A DNA stretch of 40,210 nt from a virus: UHGV virus genome UHGV-0388459; one strand, written 5' to 3'. A model generated the notes under the pieces. It was not told the origin of the DNA. It searched no databases and was given only the letters and a program-made list of their open reading frames with translations. This document shows, one piece after another, positions 17,624 to 24,774 of the stretch. How positions within the stretch are numbered: the first letter of the stretch is position 1; each line of letters starts with the position of its first letter. The position numbers were made by a program, and so were the translations under genes.

Positions 17624-18241
17624 TCACCATCCTTTTAGCAGCTCGCTTACATCTTCGCCCCGTTCCAGTGCCTCCTCCAAAGCTTTCAATTTCGCCTTAT
17701 CCGGTGCTTTTTCTGTATCCAGTCCGTAATATTCCTGCATCGCCTGGTAGAATTTCTTTTGCTCCTTCGATAAACCTTTTGCCGACAGATCCAGTGTCCG
17801 GTACTCCATGATCTTCTGAAATCTTGTATCTCCTCCGAGATTTTCAAGTAAGATCATAAATTTCCACCAGTGCATCTCCTCTGTCTGCAGGTCGATTCCG
17901 TACTGCTGGATAAATCCCGCATAGATCAGATCGGCATCCGCCTCAAAATCAAATGCCTGCTTGCTGTTGATCCCGGCGATCTTCCGTGGAAAATGTTTCC
18001 GTTCCGGCTCTCTCCCGCAAGAGAAAAACCACAGCATCTTGTCAAAATGTTCTTCTGTATACCAGGTGTACTGACCGTAAAAAAGCCTGAGCATTCTCGC
18101 CATCTCGTCCTCAGTCAGCTCTCTTCCTGCATCCTGAAGGATTTTCTGACAACGTAAAACGGTGCGGAAATCCCAATGGATCGGACATTCCACACCGCTA
18201 ATGGTCAGACTTACCGGAAAAGGCTCTGTAAGGGAACTCAT
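17624..18241 (-). CDS. Tail assembly chaperone (Gp15-like)
   Basis: 205 aa located between the major tail protein and the tape measure gene. Overlaps the upstream ORF by ATGA. Confidence 0.45.
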   Translation of the reverse strand: MSSLTEPFPVSLTISGVECPIHWDFRTVLRCQKILQDAGRELTEDEMARMLRLFYGQYTWYTEEHFDKMLWFFSCGREPERKHFPRKIAGINSKQAFDFEADADLIYAGFIQQYGIDLQTEEMHWWKFMILLENLGGDTRFQKIMEYRTLDLSAKGLSKEQKKFYQAMQEYYGLDTEKAPDKAKLKALEEALERGEDVSELLKGW

Positions 18242-18588
18242 TCAGCCCCTTTCATTCCCAGTCGCTCTTTTACTGCTCTATACCTCTCACACTGTCGGAT
18301 CTGTTCGTTAAGCAGTGCTTCATAAGCTTCCAGACATAAGAGGTGATCGTGACCCGTTCCGCATACTTTTTCCCCTGTGCCTTCCCCAAAAGTCACATCA
18401 AAAAGGTGCTTGATTGTATCACACTGCTGTCTGATCGCATCCGATTCTGTTCCTGTATCTCCAAGCTTTGAGATTTCTTCCAGTTCCTTCAGATATGCCT
18501 TTTTACCCTCCTCAAAATCCGGGTCGAAAAATGAAAAATTTAATGTAACTCCGTTAATCTGCATTGTCTTTTTCCTCCATCTGCTCAT
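18238..18588 (-). CDS. Tail assembly chaperone (Gp14-like)
   Basis: 116 aa acidic protein upstream of the tape measure gene. Confidence 0.45.
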   Translation of the reverse strand: MSRWRKKTMQINGVTLNFSFFDPDFEEGKKAYLKELEEISKLGDTGTESDAIRQQCDTIKHLFDVTFGEGTGEKVCGTGHDHLLCLEAYEALLNEQIRQCERYRAVKERLGMKGAE

Positions 18589-18651
18589 ATAAATCTTTTT
18601 CCGCTTCGTCCGCTACAGCCTCACCAACTGAAGCATTATCAGTGAGGGAGA

Positions 18652-19182
18652 TTATTCCCCCTCTGTAAATGCCTTGGTTGCTGTGTTGAACGTACCCTTT
18701 ACCCAGTCAGTCTTGCCAAGCAGGTTGCCGGACCCCTGGATCTCACCGTCATTGTCCTTGAATTCTGAAATTTCAACCGCAACTTTTCTCCGCTTTGCCT
18801 CATAAGTTCCAGCTGATTCGCTTACCGGTTTGTCCAGACACACCTTCACATAGAACGTATCTGCCTCCACCCCGGTCTTTTCGTTCTCGCCGATCTCGGA
18901 AATGTAAGCGATTGCCGGCTCACTCTGGATCAGATCAAACTCAAGTGGTGCTGTCCATTCATAACCGCCAATGCTCTGTGTTGCACTTTTCTGATTGACG
19001 TATCTCTTTGACGTAGTCTGTGCGGACGGTGAATCATCCAGCTGAGTCACGCCAATTCCGAGGAGCTCATATTTCGGGGAATCAGATCCCCCTGTAACGT
19101 CAATGTAATCTGCACGCTGGTAACGCTGCGTTACACCGGTGTCTTTTGCTGCTTCAAAAATCTGTAAATTCATTCTTTTCAT
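18652..19182 (-). CDS. Major tail protein (176 aa)
   Basis: Start chosen at MKRMNLQIFEAAKDTGVTQ with RBS GGAGGTAAGGCA. The longer track ORF to 19512 is upstream read-through. Confidence 0.6.
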   Translation of the reverse strand: MKRMNLQIFEAAKDTGVTQRYQRADYIDVTGGSDSPKYELLGIGVTQLDDSPSAQTTSKRYVNQKSATQSIGGYEWTAPLEFDLIQSEPAIAYISEIGENEKTGVEADTFYVKVCLDKPVSESAGTYEAKRRKVAVEISEFKDNDGEIQGSGNLLGKTDWVKGTFNTATKAFTEGE

Positions 19183-19186
19183 TGCC

Positions 19187-19615
19187 TTACCTCCGTTTGT
19201 AATATAAAAAGCGGCACTGAATGCGGTACTGGCATTTCGTGCCTTCGTTATCGTATAAATAGCCGCCTGTCGTTGCCCGGACAGACTTGCTCGTGAGATT
19301 TCCCGACAGTGCCGGAAGTCTTCCCCGCTCCGTACATTCATCCAGCCAGTCAGAGAATTTTTCGTAAAATTCCGCTGTGTCCTTGTTGCTCTCTTCTCCG
19401 TACCATTCCCGGGAACAAAGAGAAAATACCATCTGTCGGATTGTATCTCCGTTCGTATACCGTTTGACAATCGGGTCTGCCGGAGTAAGTTCCAGGCTAT
19501 ACGCTGTTGCATCCTCTCCCAGCAGATCCACGTTCACGATCGGGAACATCTGTTCAAACTCTTCCAGGAACGGACAGCCTGCTATAAATTCAGCGACTTT
19601 GGTTGCTACACTCAT
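19187..19615 (-). CDS. Tail terminator / head-tail joining protein (142 aa)
   Basis: Start at MSVATKV gives an ATGA overlap with the upstream gene. Confidence 0.4.
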   Translation of the reverse strand: MSVATKVAEFIAGCPFLEEFEQMFPIVNVDLLGEDATAYSLELTPADPIVKRYTNGDTIRQMVFSLCSREWYGEESNKDTAEFYEKFSDWLDECTERGRLPALSGNLTSKSVRATTGGYLYDNEGTKCQYRIQCRFLYYKRR

Positions 19616-19941
19616 CCTGCTTTCCCTCCACAAAAACTGGCTACTGCCTTTACAATCTCCGGCCCTCTGTCTGCCCACATCCGTTCTGCCCAGTGCGGAC
19701 CCCGAAGACCGTCTCCTTTGTGTTCATAATACTGCCGCCTTGCATAAGGTTCATTGTATGTGATCGTGGAAATTGCTTCTGTGGCATCCGTCTTCAATCG
19801 TCCAGTCAGCCGTGGAACATAAGGATCGGACAGCCGTCTGACCTCACTTGTAAAAAATCTCTGTCCTTTTCCATTCTTGTTCAGGCTTCTCCTGAGCAGG
19901 ATCTGATCTTTCGGGTCTAACTGCATTCTGATTACCATCAC
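19612..19941 (-). CDS. HK97 gp10-like tail-completion/head-tail protein
   Basis: 109 aa. Position and size. Confidence 0.4.
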   Translation of the reverse strand: MMVIRMQLDPKDQILLRRSLNKNGKGQRFFTSEVRRLSDPYVPRLTGRLKTDATEAISTITYNEPYARRQYYEHKGDGLRGPHWAERMWADRGPEIVKAVASFCGGKAG

Positions 19942-20342
19942 ACACCTCCACTGATCCTGATATGTGGGGATGATCCGATAAAGTTCTCGGAATGGCTCTT
20001 CACCATCCCGACCACTCCGTTATACTGCTTTTTCAAGTCATCAATCCCCATGACTTCTCCACCGCACCATTCTCCCTGAATAAAGAGATCCCCGTTCTGA
20101 ACAGTCCAGCAAGATCCTTTCTGTCCTGTCGCAAATTGATCTGCAGGTTTCCAGTCTGCACACTGATCAAATGGGATGCGGATCATATGCTCGTCCGAGC
20201 TGATCAGGCCACCCTGTGATGGCGTAGTCTTCCTGCTGACGTGATACCATGCCCAGTCAATCCGGTGCGGCAGATACACTATCTTTTTCTGCTCCTTATC
20301 CGGGTAACGGTTAAAGAGCGTGATCACTGCATTTGTAAGCAT
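19938..20342 (-). CDS. Head closure / head-tail adaptor protein
   Basis: Start at MLTNAVITLF. ATGA overlap with the downstream gene. Confidence 0.4.
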   Translation of the reverse strand: MLTNAVITLFNRYPDKEQKKIVYLPHRIDWAWYHVSRKTTPSQGGLISSDEHMIRIPFDQCADWKPADQFATGQKGSCWTVQNGDLFIQGEWCGGEVMGIDDLKKQYNGVVGMVKSHSENFIGSSPHIRISGGV

Positions 20343-20724
20343 CACAATATCCCACCTTCCTGGACAGCCATCCCAGCGGAAGCAGATAGGTCCGTGCAAC
20401 TTCGTAAGCTTTGCGGGATGCGACCGCTTCTGCCGTCTCTCCGTCCACCTGCTCGTTTACATAAGTCACACTGTATCCGTCCGTATTTTCCGACTTTACA
20501 GATCCATTTCCCTGCTGATTTTTCAGGTCGCAAGAATAATAAATCTCTGCAACTGCACATACAGCATCTTTTACGGTATCGTTTTCACAAGCAAAAATAT
20601 CTCCGTGCATATAAGTCAGATGCCTTATATAGGCTTCTGCTTTTTTTTCTGCTTTTGCAAATTTTTCAAGTGGAATCAGCTCACCACCGTATTCAGACAA
20701 ATAATAGAAATGATCCGCATACAT
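20311..20724 (-). CDS. Gp6-like head-tail connector protein
   Basis: Start at MYADHFYYLSEYGGELIPLEKFAKAEKKAEAYIR with RBS GGAAGGAG. Phage_connect_1-like N-terminus. Confidence 0.5.
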   Translation of the reverse strand: MYADHFYYLSEYGGELIPLEKFAKAEKKAEAYIRHLTYMHGDIFACENDTVKDAVCAVAEIYYSCDLKNQQGNGSVKSENTDGYSVTYVNEQVDGETAEAVASRKAYEVARTYLLPLGWLSRKVGYCDAYKCSDHAL

Positions 20725-20741
20725 ATTGTCTTGCTCCTTCC

Positions 20742-21722
20742 TTATTCTCCCGCTTTCAGGATCGCAAACGGGCATCTCTTGGTCTTATCTTTTGCAAGAG
20801 CATTGATTGGATTCGGGATTTCCCATCCAAGACGCATCACCGCACGAAGAGCAATCATATCATTCTGCATCAGGTTGTATGCGATAGTGCCATCTGTGTT
20901 CTGAATCACACCTTCCGTGAACAACTTGAAGGTAATATCCTGTCTGATGGAATATACAAGCTGAGAGAAATCTCCTGAAATCATCAGTGCCTTTGATTTG
21001 TCAAACGCTCCGTTGTTTGGGAAATTCATCGGAGAGCCATCTAAAGCATACTGCGTTGTTCCCTGCAGATCCTGTTTGAACAGCGGATCACCATTCGCAT
21101 TCTTCAATCCCCTGAGCTTTGCCCTCATGGAGATATCTGCCATGTGACCATTCACAAAGTAGCCGGATCCCTCGACTTTTGCGATGACACCATCTTCTGC
21201 CATAATCTTGTCATAAAGGCTGTCAGATGCTCCGAGTGTTACGATTGCACTCGCCTTTGTTGCAGTTGCAACAACATCTTCTCTCCATGTTGACGGCTTA
21301 TTTTCTCCAAAAAGCACCGCTCCATCAATGACTTTTCCAAATGCTTCTGTTACTCTTGGCTTTACTTCTGACCAAATATCGTATTCTGAATCATCCAATA
21401 CAGCTTCTGGAATCGGAACAATTACCGCAATTTCTTCTGCGGTGATAAATTTCTTGTCCCATGCCTGCTTTGTTGTTTTCTTCTGACCGTTATCGCCGTT
21501 TACAAAATAAGCGATCGGCAGCATATCCAATACAGGCATCTTGTACTGCTTACTGGTCATATTTGCAAGCTTACGCCCTCTTGACAGAACCGCTGACTGT
21601 GCGATTGTTCCCTGGATGATCTCGTTGGATTCCTGAATCGGAATTAAAGACTCTGCCCCGCTACGATCAATGATATTTGTGTCTGCTTCAAACAATTTTA
21701 AATTCATTCTGTTTCTGTTCAT
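20742..21722 (-). CDS. Major capsid protein (HK97 fold)
   Basis: 326 aa. Position after the scaffold gene. Typical MCP size and composition (MNLKLFEA...). Confidence 0.8.
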   Translation of the reverse strand: MNRNRMNLKLFEADTNIIDRSGAESLIPIQESNEIIQGTIAQSAVLSRGRKLANMTSKQYKMPVLDMLPIAYFVNGDNGQKKTTKQAWDKKFITAEEIAVIVPIPEAVLDDSEYDIWSEVKPRVTEAFGKVIDGAVLFGENKPSTWREDVVATATKASAIVTLGASDSLYDKIMAEDGVIAKVEGSGYFVNGHMADISMRAKLRGLKNANGDPLFKQDLQGTTQYALDGSPMNFPNNGAFDKSKALMISGDFSQLVYSIRQDITFKLFTEGVIQNTDGTIAYNLMQNDMIALRAVMRLGWEIPNPINALAKDKTKRCPFAILKAGE

Positions 21723-21734
21723 CTTCTACCTCCA

Positions 21735-22337
21735 TCACTTTCTTGCTGCAGCACGGATACGTTCATTGATAGAAGCATTCATGCTTCCACCAGCTCCCTC
21801 CGAAGAGCTTCCTGAAGACGTAGACATCCGATACGTGCTGCCTGTATATTTCGGATTTTCTTTCAAATACTGTTCTGCAGCTTTTTCAAATGTTGTCTTG
21901 TCGTTTACAAGCTTCGATACCTTGAACATGACATAATCAAGATCCTCTGTCTTCACGCCTTTACCTGACAGAAATTTCTCATTTTTCATCTGCTGAACTT
22001 CCTTCAAAGCGTCATCACGTTCTTTCTGCAGCTTTGCCGTGTCCGGCTGATTTGCTGCACGTTCTGCCTTGAATCTTGTGATTGCTTCTGTGACTTCTCC
22101 CTCTGTCATTCCCTGACCACGGAAAAAGCTTGCAAGAGCTGCACGTTCCGACTTGCTTGCCCTGGCACTTGCAATTTCTTCCAGCTGTTCATAGGTATAA
22201 GTTCCGGAATTGGAAGCTCCGGATGTGCTTCCAGCGGATCCATTACCGCTGTTCCCAGTCCCGGCATTTCCACTCTGTCCATTAGAGCCAGCTCCGCTGC
22301 CGTCCTCGAAAAGCTGTAACATCATTCTTTTTCTCAT
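21735..22337 (-). CDS. Scaffolding protein
   Basis: 200 aa. Gly/Ser/Asn-rich low-complexity N-terminus followed by a helical charged region. Lies immediately upstream of the MCP. Confidence 0.6.
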   Translation of the reverse strand: MRKRMMLQLFEDGSGAGSNGQSGNAGTGNSGNGSAGSTSGASNSGTYTYEQLEEIASARASKSERAALASFFRGQGMTEGEVTEAITRFKAERAANQPDTAKLQKERDDALKEVQQMKNEKFLSGKGVKTEDLDYVMFKVSKLVNDKTTFEKAAEQYLKENPKYTGSTYRMSTSSGSSSEGAGGSMNASINERIRAAARK

Positions 22338-22392
22338 TTCTACCTCCGTTTATGCTTCGTTGAGCTCCCGAGCTTTTAACGCCTTCACGTTT

Positions 22393-22420
22393 TGGGCAAA
22401 AGAAAAACACCCCTCAGGGT
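22393..22420 (-). terminator. Intrinsic terminator-like hairpin between the Prp and scaffold genes
   Basis: Minus strand reads acaccc-uga-gggugu followed by UUUUCUUUUG. Confidence 0.4.
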
Positions 22421-22425
22421 GTCTC

Positions 22426-22713
22426 CTACAAAAATGTTATACAATTATATTCCCGGTTGATATCTGTCAATCCGAGAAACCACGAATCCAGTAGCAACTT
22501 CCCTCTGTCAGAAAGCCGCTCCCATTCGATTACGGTTCTTCCGCTCCCGGTATCTGCCCTGATCCGGTCACCTGTCAGATCATTCAGCGAATTGATCAGG
22601 TTGCAGGTGAGAGCAGATACCGCTGCACATGCCCGGTCAATACCATCTGACCCTTTTCGGCAGGCATGGCCTTTTAATGCAAGCATGTCCTCTCGGACTT
22701 TCACCTCAATCAA
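22426..22713 (-). CDS. Prp-like cysteine protease (DUF464), a likely prohead/scaffold-processing protease
   Basis: KGHACRKGSDGIDRACAAVSALTCNL matches the Prp GHA...G.DIVCAAVS.L signature. Confidence 0.6.
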   Translation of the reverse strand: MIEVKVREDMLALKGHACRKGSDGIDRACAAVSALTCNLINSLNDLTGDRIRADTGSGRTVIEWERLSDRGKLLLDSWFLGLTDINREYNCITFL

Positions 22714-22776
22714 ACAATCACTCCTTTACATTTCCGGTCATTCCCCGCCGGTGGGAGATATCGGATCACCGCCTTT

Positions 22777-23226
22777 CTATGGATAGTCGTTTGCCATCAT
22801 TTTCTCGAGATACCATTTTTTTAATTGTTTTTCATTGTCAATCTGTCGCTCTATCATTTCGATTTCGTTATCGATCATTCTGATCTGTTCTACAATGTAT
22901 CGCTGGTCTTTCTCGTTGTCATGCCAGTCTAAAATAAAATTTACGAGAGTACTAAACTGCAGATTGATTGTAGTCCTATATCTTCTTAAAAAATCTGGAA
23001 ATACTCTTTTGATAGCTATGTAAAGGTAATCACAATCCACTTCTTTTTTCGGTTCAAACACTGCAAATCGGCTGTCTATGTTCCCAGCTTCCTTGATCTG
23101 TCCGACGAACTCATCGACTGCACTCAATTTAATAAAGCATGTACCGGCTTTATATTTCTTTCCTGATACAGCTCTCTCAACAATGCACACTTCACTGATA
23201 TTTCTTTTTCTGCATCTTAATTTCAT
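22777..23226 (-). CDS. Type I RM specificity-subunit-like (half-S, single TRD) protein, possibly a remnant
   Basis: 149 aa. The C-terminal helical region DNEKDQRYIVEQIRMIDNEIEMIERQI resembles the HsdS conserved coiled-coil. Overlaps the methyltransferase stop (ATGA). AT-rich. Confidence 0.35.
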   Translation of the reverse strand: MKLRCRKRNISEVCIVERAVSGKKYKAGTCFIKLSAVDEFVGQIKEAGNIDSRFAVFEPKKEVDCDYLYIAIKRVFPDFLRRYRTTINLQFSTLVNFILDWHDNEKDQRYIVEQIRMIDNEIEMIERQIDNEKQLKKWYLEKMMANDYP

Positions 23227-24449
23227 GTCCAGCTCAACTCCAACTGATCATATTGTTTCTTTTCTGTTTTCCTTCTTTGCTTTGGATTTAAAATGATCTT
23301 ATGCATCTCAATGGCATTCATATCCTCAGCGTTTCCAGTTAAATCCTGCAGCATTTTATATAGCTCGTCTTTAACTTTTTTCTCTTCTTCGTCAATTTCT
23401 CTAAGATTCGTCAAAATCTTTCGTACATCTGGCAAAGGTTCATGCACGAAGCTGTCTACATACCTTGGTATGTTCAAATTGAAATCATTCTTTTCAATTT
23501 CCGAATAACTCGTAATATGCGAGTATCTCTCCACTTCTTGTCTGTTTAAAAAAGTATCTACAACTTTACCGGTCTGCTGTTCTGTCATATCGTTTTGTGC
23601 AGATTTTTTTATGAAATCTTTGCTCGCATCTATAAAAAGTATGTCCGGAGAATCATATTGCAAAATTAAAACGAAAACCGGAATACTTGTATTTAAGAAC
23701 AACTTATCCGGAAGTCCTATTACCGCATTGATTAAGCGCTCTTGCACTAACCATTTTCGGATATCTCCTTCACCTGCCCCACGGAATAAAACACCATGCG
23801 GAAGAATTGCGATCAGTCGCCCGCCTCTGTTTAGATGCTCTAATCCACGTAATATGAATCCATAATCTGCTTTACTTTTCGGTATTTTATGTCCCATGAT
23901 TCTCATCTCATCCGCCTCCGGAAATTTCATGGAATACGGTGGATTCATGATTACATTATCAAAACATCCTGCTTCTTGTCGTTCCTGTAAGGATACGATA
24001 CTGATACCGCCCCGCTCTTCAAGTAAGTAGGTTTCCTGTACTGTATTCCTCAGACAATCCGCCTTGCTTATCGTGCCTTGCATACCGTTCATACATGCGT
24101 CCAGAATGGCAAATGGAATCGTCCTTTCAGAAAATTCCTGTTCGTTAATTTCAATCCCACGTTTTAATGCAGCCATTTTACTCAGAGCTCCTGTTCCGGA
24201 ACACATATCCAAACAAGTACCGTCAATCATTAGATCGGCTACAATAGAGCAGATGCAATCGGGTGTAAAATCTTGCTTTAAACTTTTTCTATCTCCCTGC
24301 TCTTCCTGGAACATATCCCGAATATCGCAAGAAATTTGTTCTTTAATCTGCGTGATAGTCTTTTCTGCATCCGGTGATAATAACATCTCCATTATTTTGT
24401 CCGGAAGCCGGTAAGATTCTTTTACGTCAAAAAACTCCTGAAGTGTCAT
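23223..24449 (-). CDS. HsdM-like N6-adenine DNA methyltransferase (gamma class)
   Basis: Motif I LDMCSGTGAL and motif IV NVIMNPPYS. Start at MTLQEFF with RBS GAGGAGAGG. Confidence 0.7.
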   Translation of the reverse strand: MTLQEFFDVKESYRLPDKIMEMLLSPDAEKTITQIKEQISCDIRDMFQEEQGDRKSLKQDFTPDCICSIVADLMIDGTCLDMCSGTGALSKMAALKRGIEINEQEFSERTIPFAILDACMNGMQGTISKADCLRNTVQETYLLEERGGISIVSLQERQEAGCFDNVIMNPPYSMKFPEADEMRIMGHKIPKSKADYGFILRGLEHLNRGGRLIAILPHGVLFRGAGEGDIRKWLVQERLINAVIGLPDKLFLNTSIPVFVLILQYDSPDILFIDASKDFIKKSAQNDMTEQQTGKVVDTFLNRQEVERYSHITSYSEIEKNDFNLNIPRYVDSFVHEPLPDVRKILTNLREIDEEEKKVKDELYKMLQDLTGNAEDMNAIEMHKIILNPKQRRKTEKKQYDQLELSWT

Positions 24450-24516
24450 ACCACAACCTCTCCTCGCCTTAAAAATGGGTACAAAAATACCACTCACTCT
24501 CTCGAATGGGTGGTAT

Positions 24517-24774
24517 CTATTCAATTTGTTTCATTTCATCTTCTATTTCTTCTCTTTTCCAACCTTCCTCTGAGAGAATATCTAAGATTTCTTCCGGCTC
24601 ACACAATATCTCTTCCAATTTCCAAATTCTTTCACGCAAGTGTGTTCTTCTGACGGCAAATTCTATTTCTTCATCAGAATCCCCTAGCCTTCTAAAAACA
24701 TCTTTCATTTCCTCATCTTCAATTTCCTGAAGTTTTTTATCGATATCAGGTGTATCTGGGTCAAACATTGTCAT
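24517..24774 (-). CDS. Small highly acidic protein (85 aa), a candidate immunity/inhibitor partner of the upstream metallopeptidase domain
   Basis: About 35% Asp/Glu. Start overlaps the stop of the MuF fusion gene. Confidence 0.45.
   Translation of the reverse strand: MTMFDPDTPDIDKKLQEIEDEEMKDVFRRLGDSDEEIEFAVRRTHLRERIWKLEEILCEPEEILDILSEEGWKREEIEDEMKQIE

Noticed and set aside
13889-17811. Numerous plus-strand and alternative-frame ORFs inside the tape measure gene (e.g. 16036..16593, 16600..17163, 17167..17811)
   Set aside because: Antisense/shadow ORFs are typical of a long GC-rich Ala/Gly-rich gene. Composition is Ser/Pro/Ala-biased with no RBS.
18238-18241. Programmed -1 frameshift between the two tail chaperone ORFs (G/GT)
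   Set aside because: The ORFs overlap by ATGA (simple reinitiation). No XXXYYYZ slippery heptamer is evident near the junction. A frameshift is not required to explain the arrangement.
18652-19678. Long forms of ORFs 18652..19512 and 19187..19678
   Set aside because: Their N-terminal extensions overlap the upstream genes and translate as Arg/Trp-rich junk. Internal ATGs with good RBS (19182, 19615) give standard-size tail proteins with ATGA coupling.
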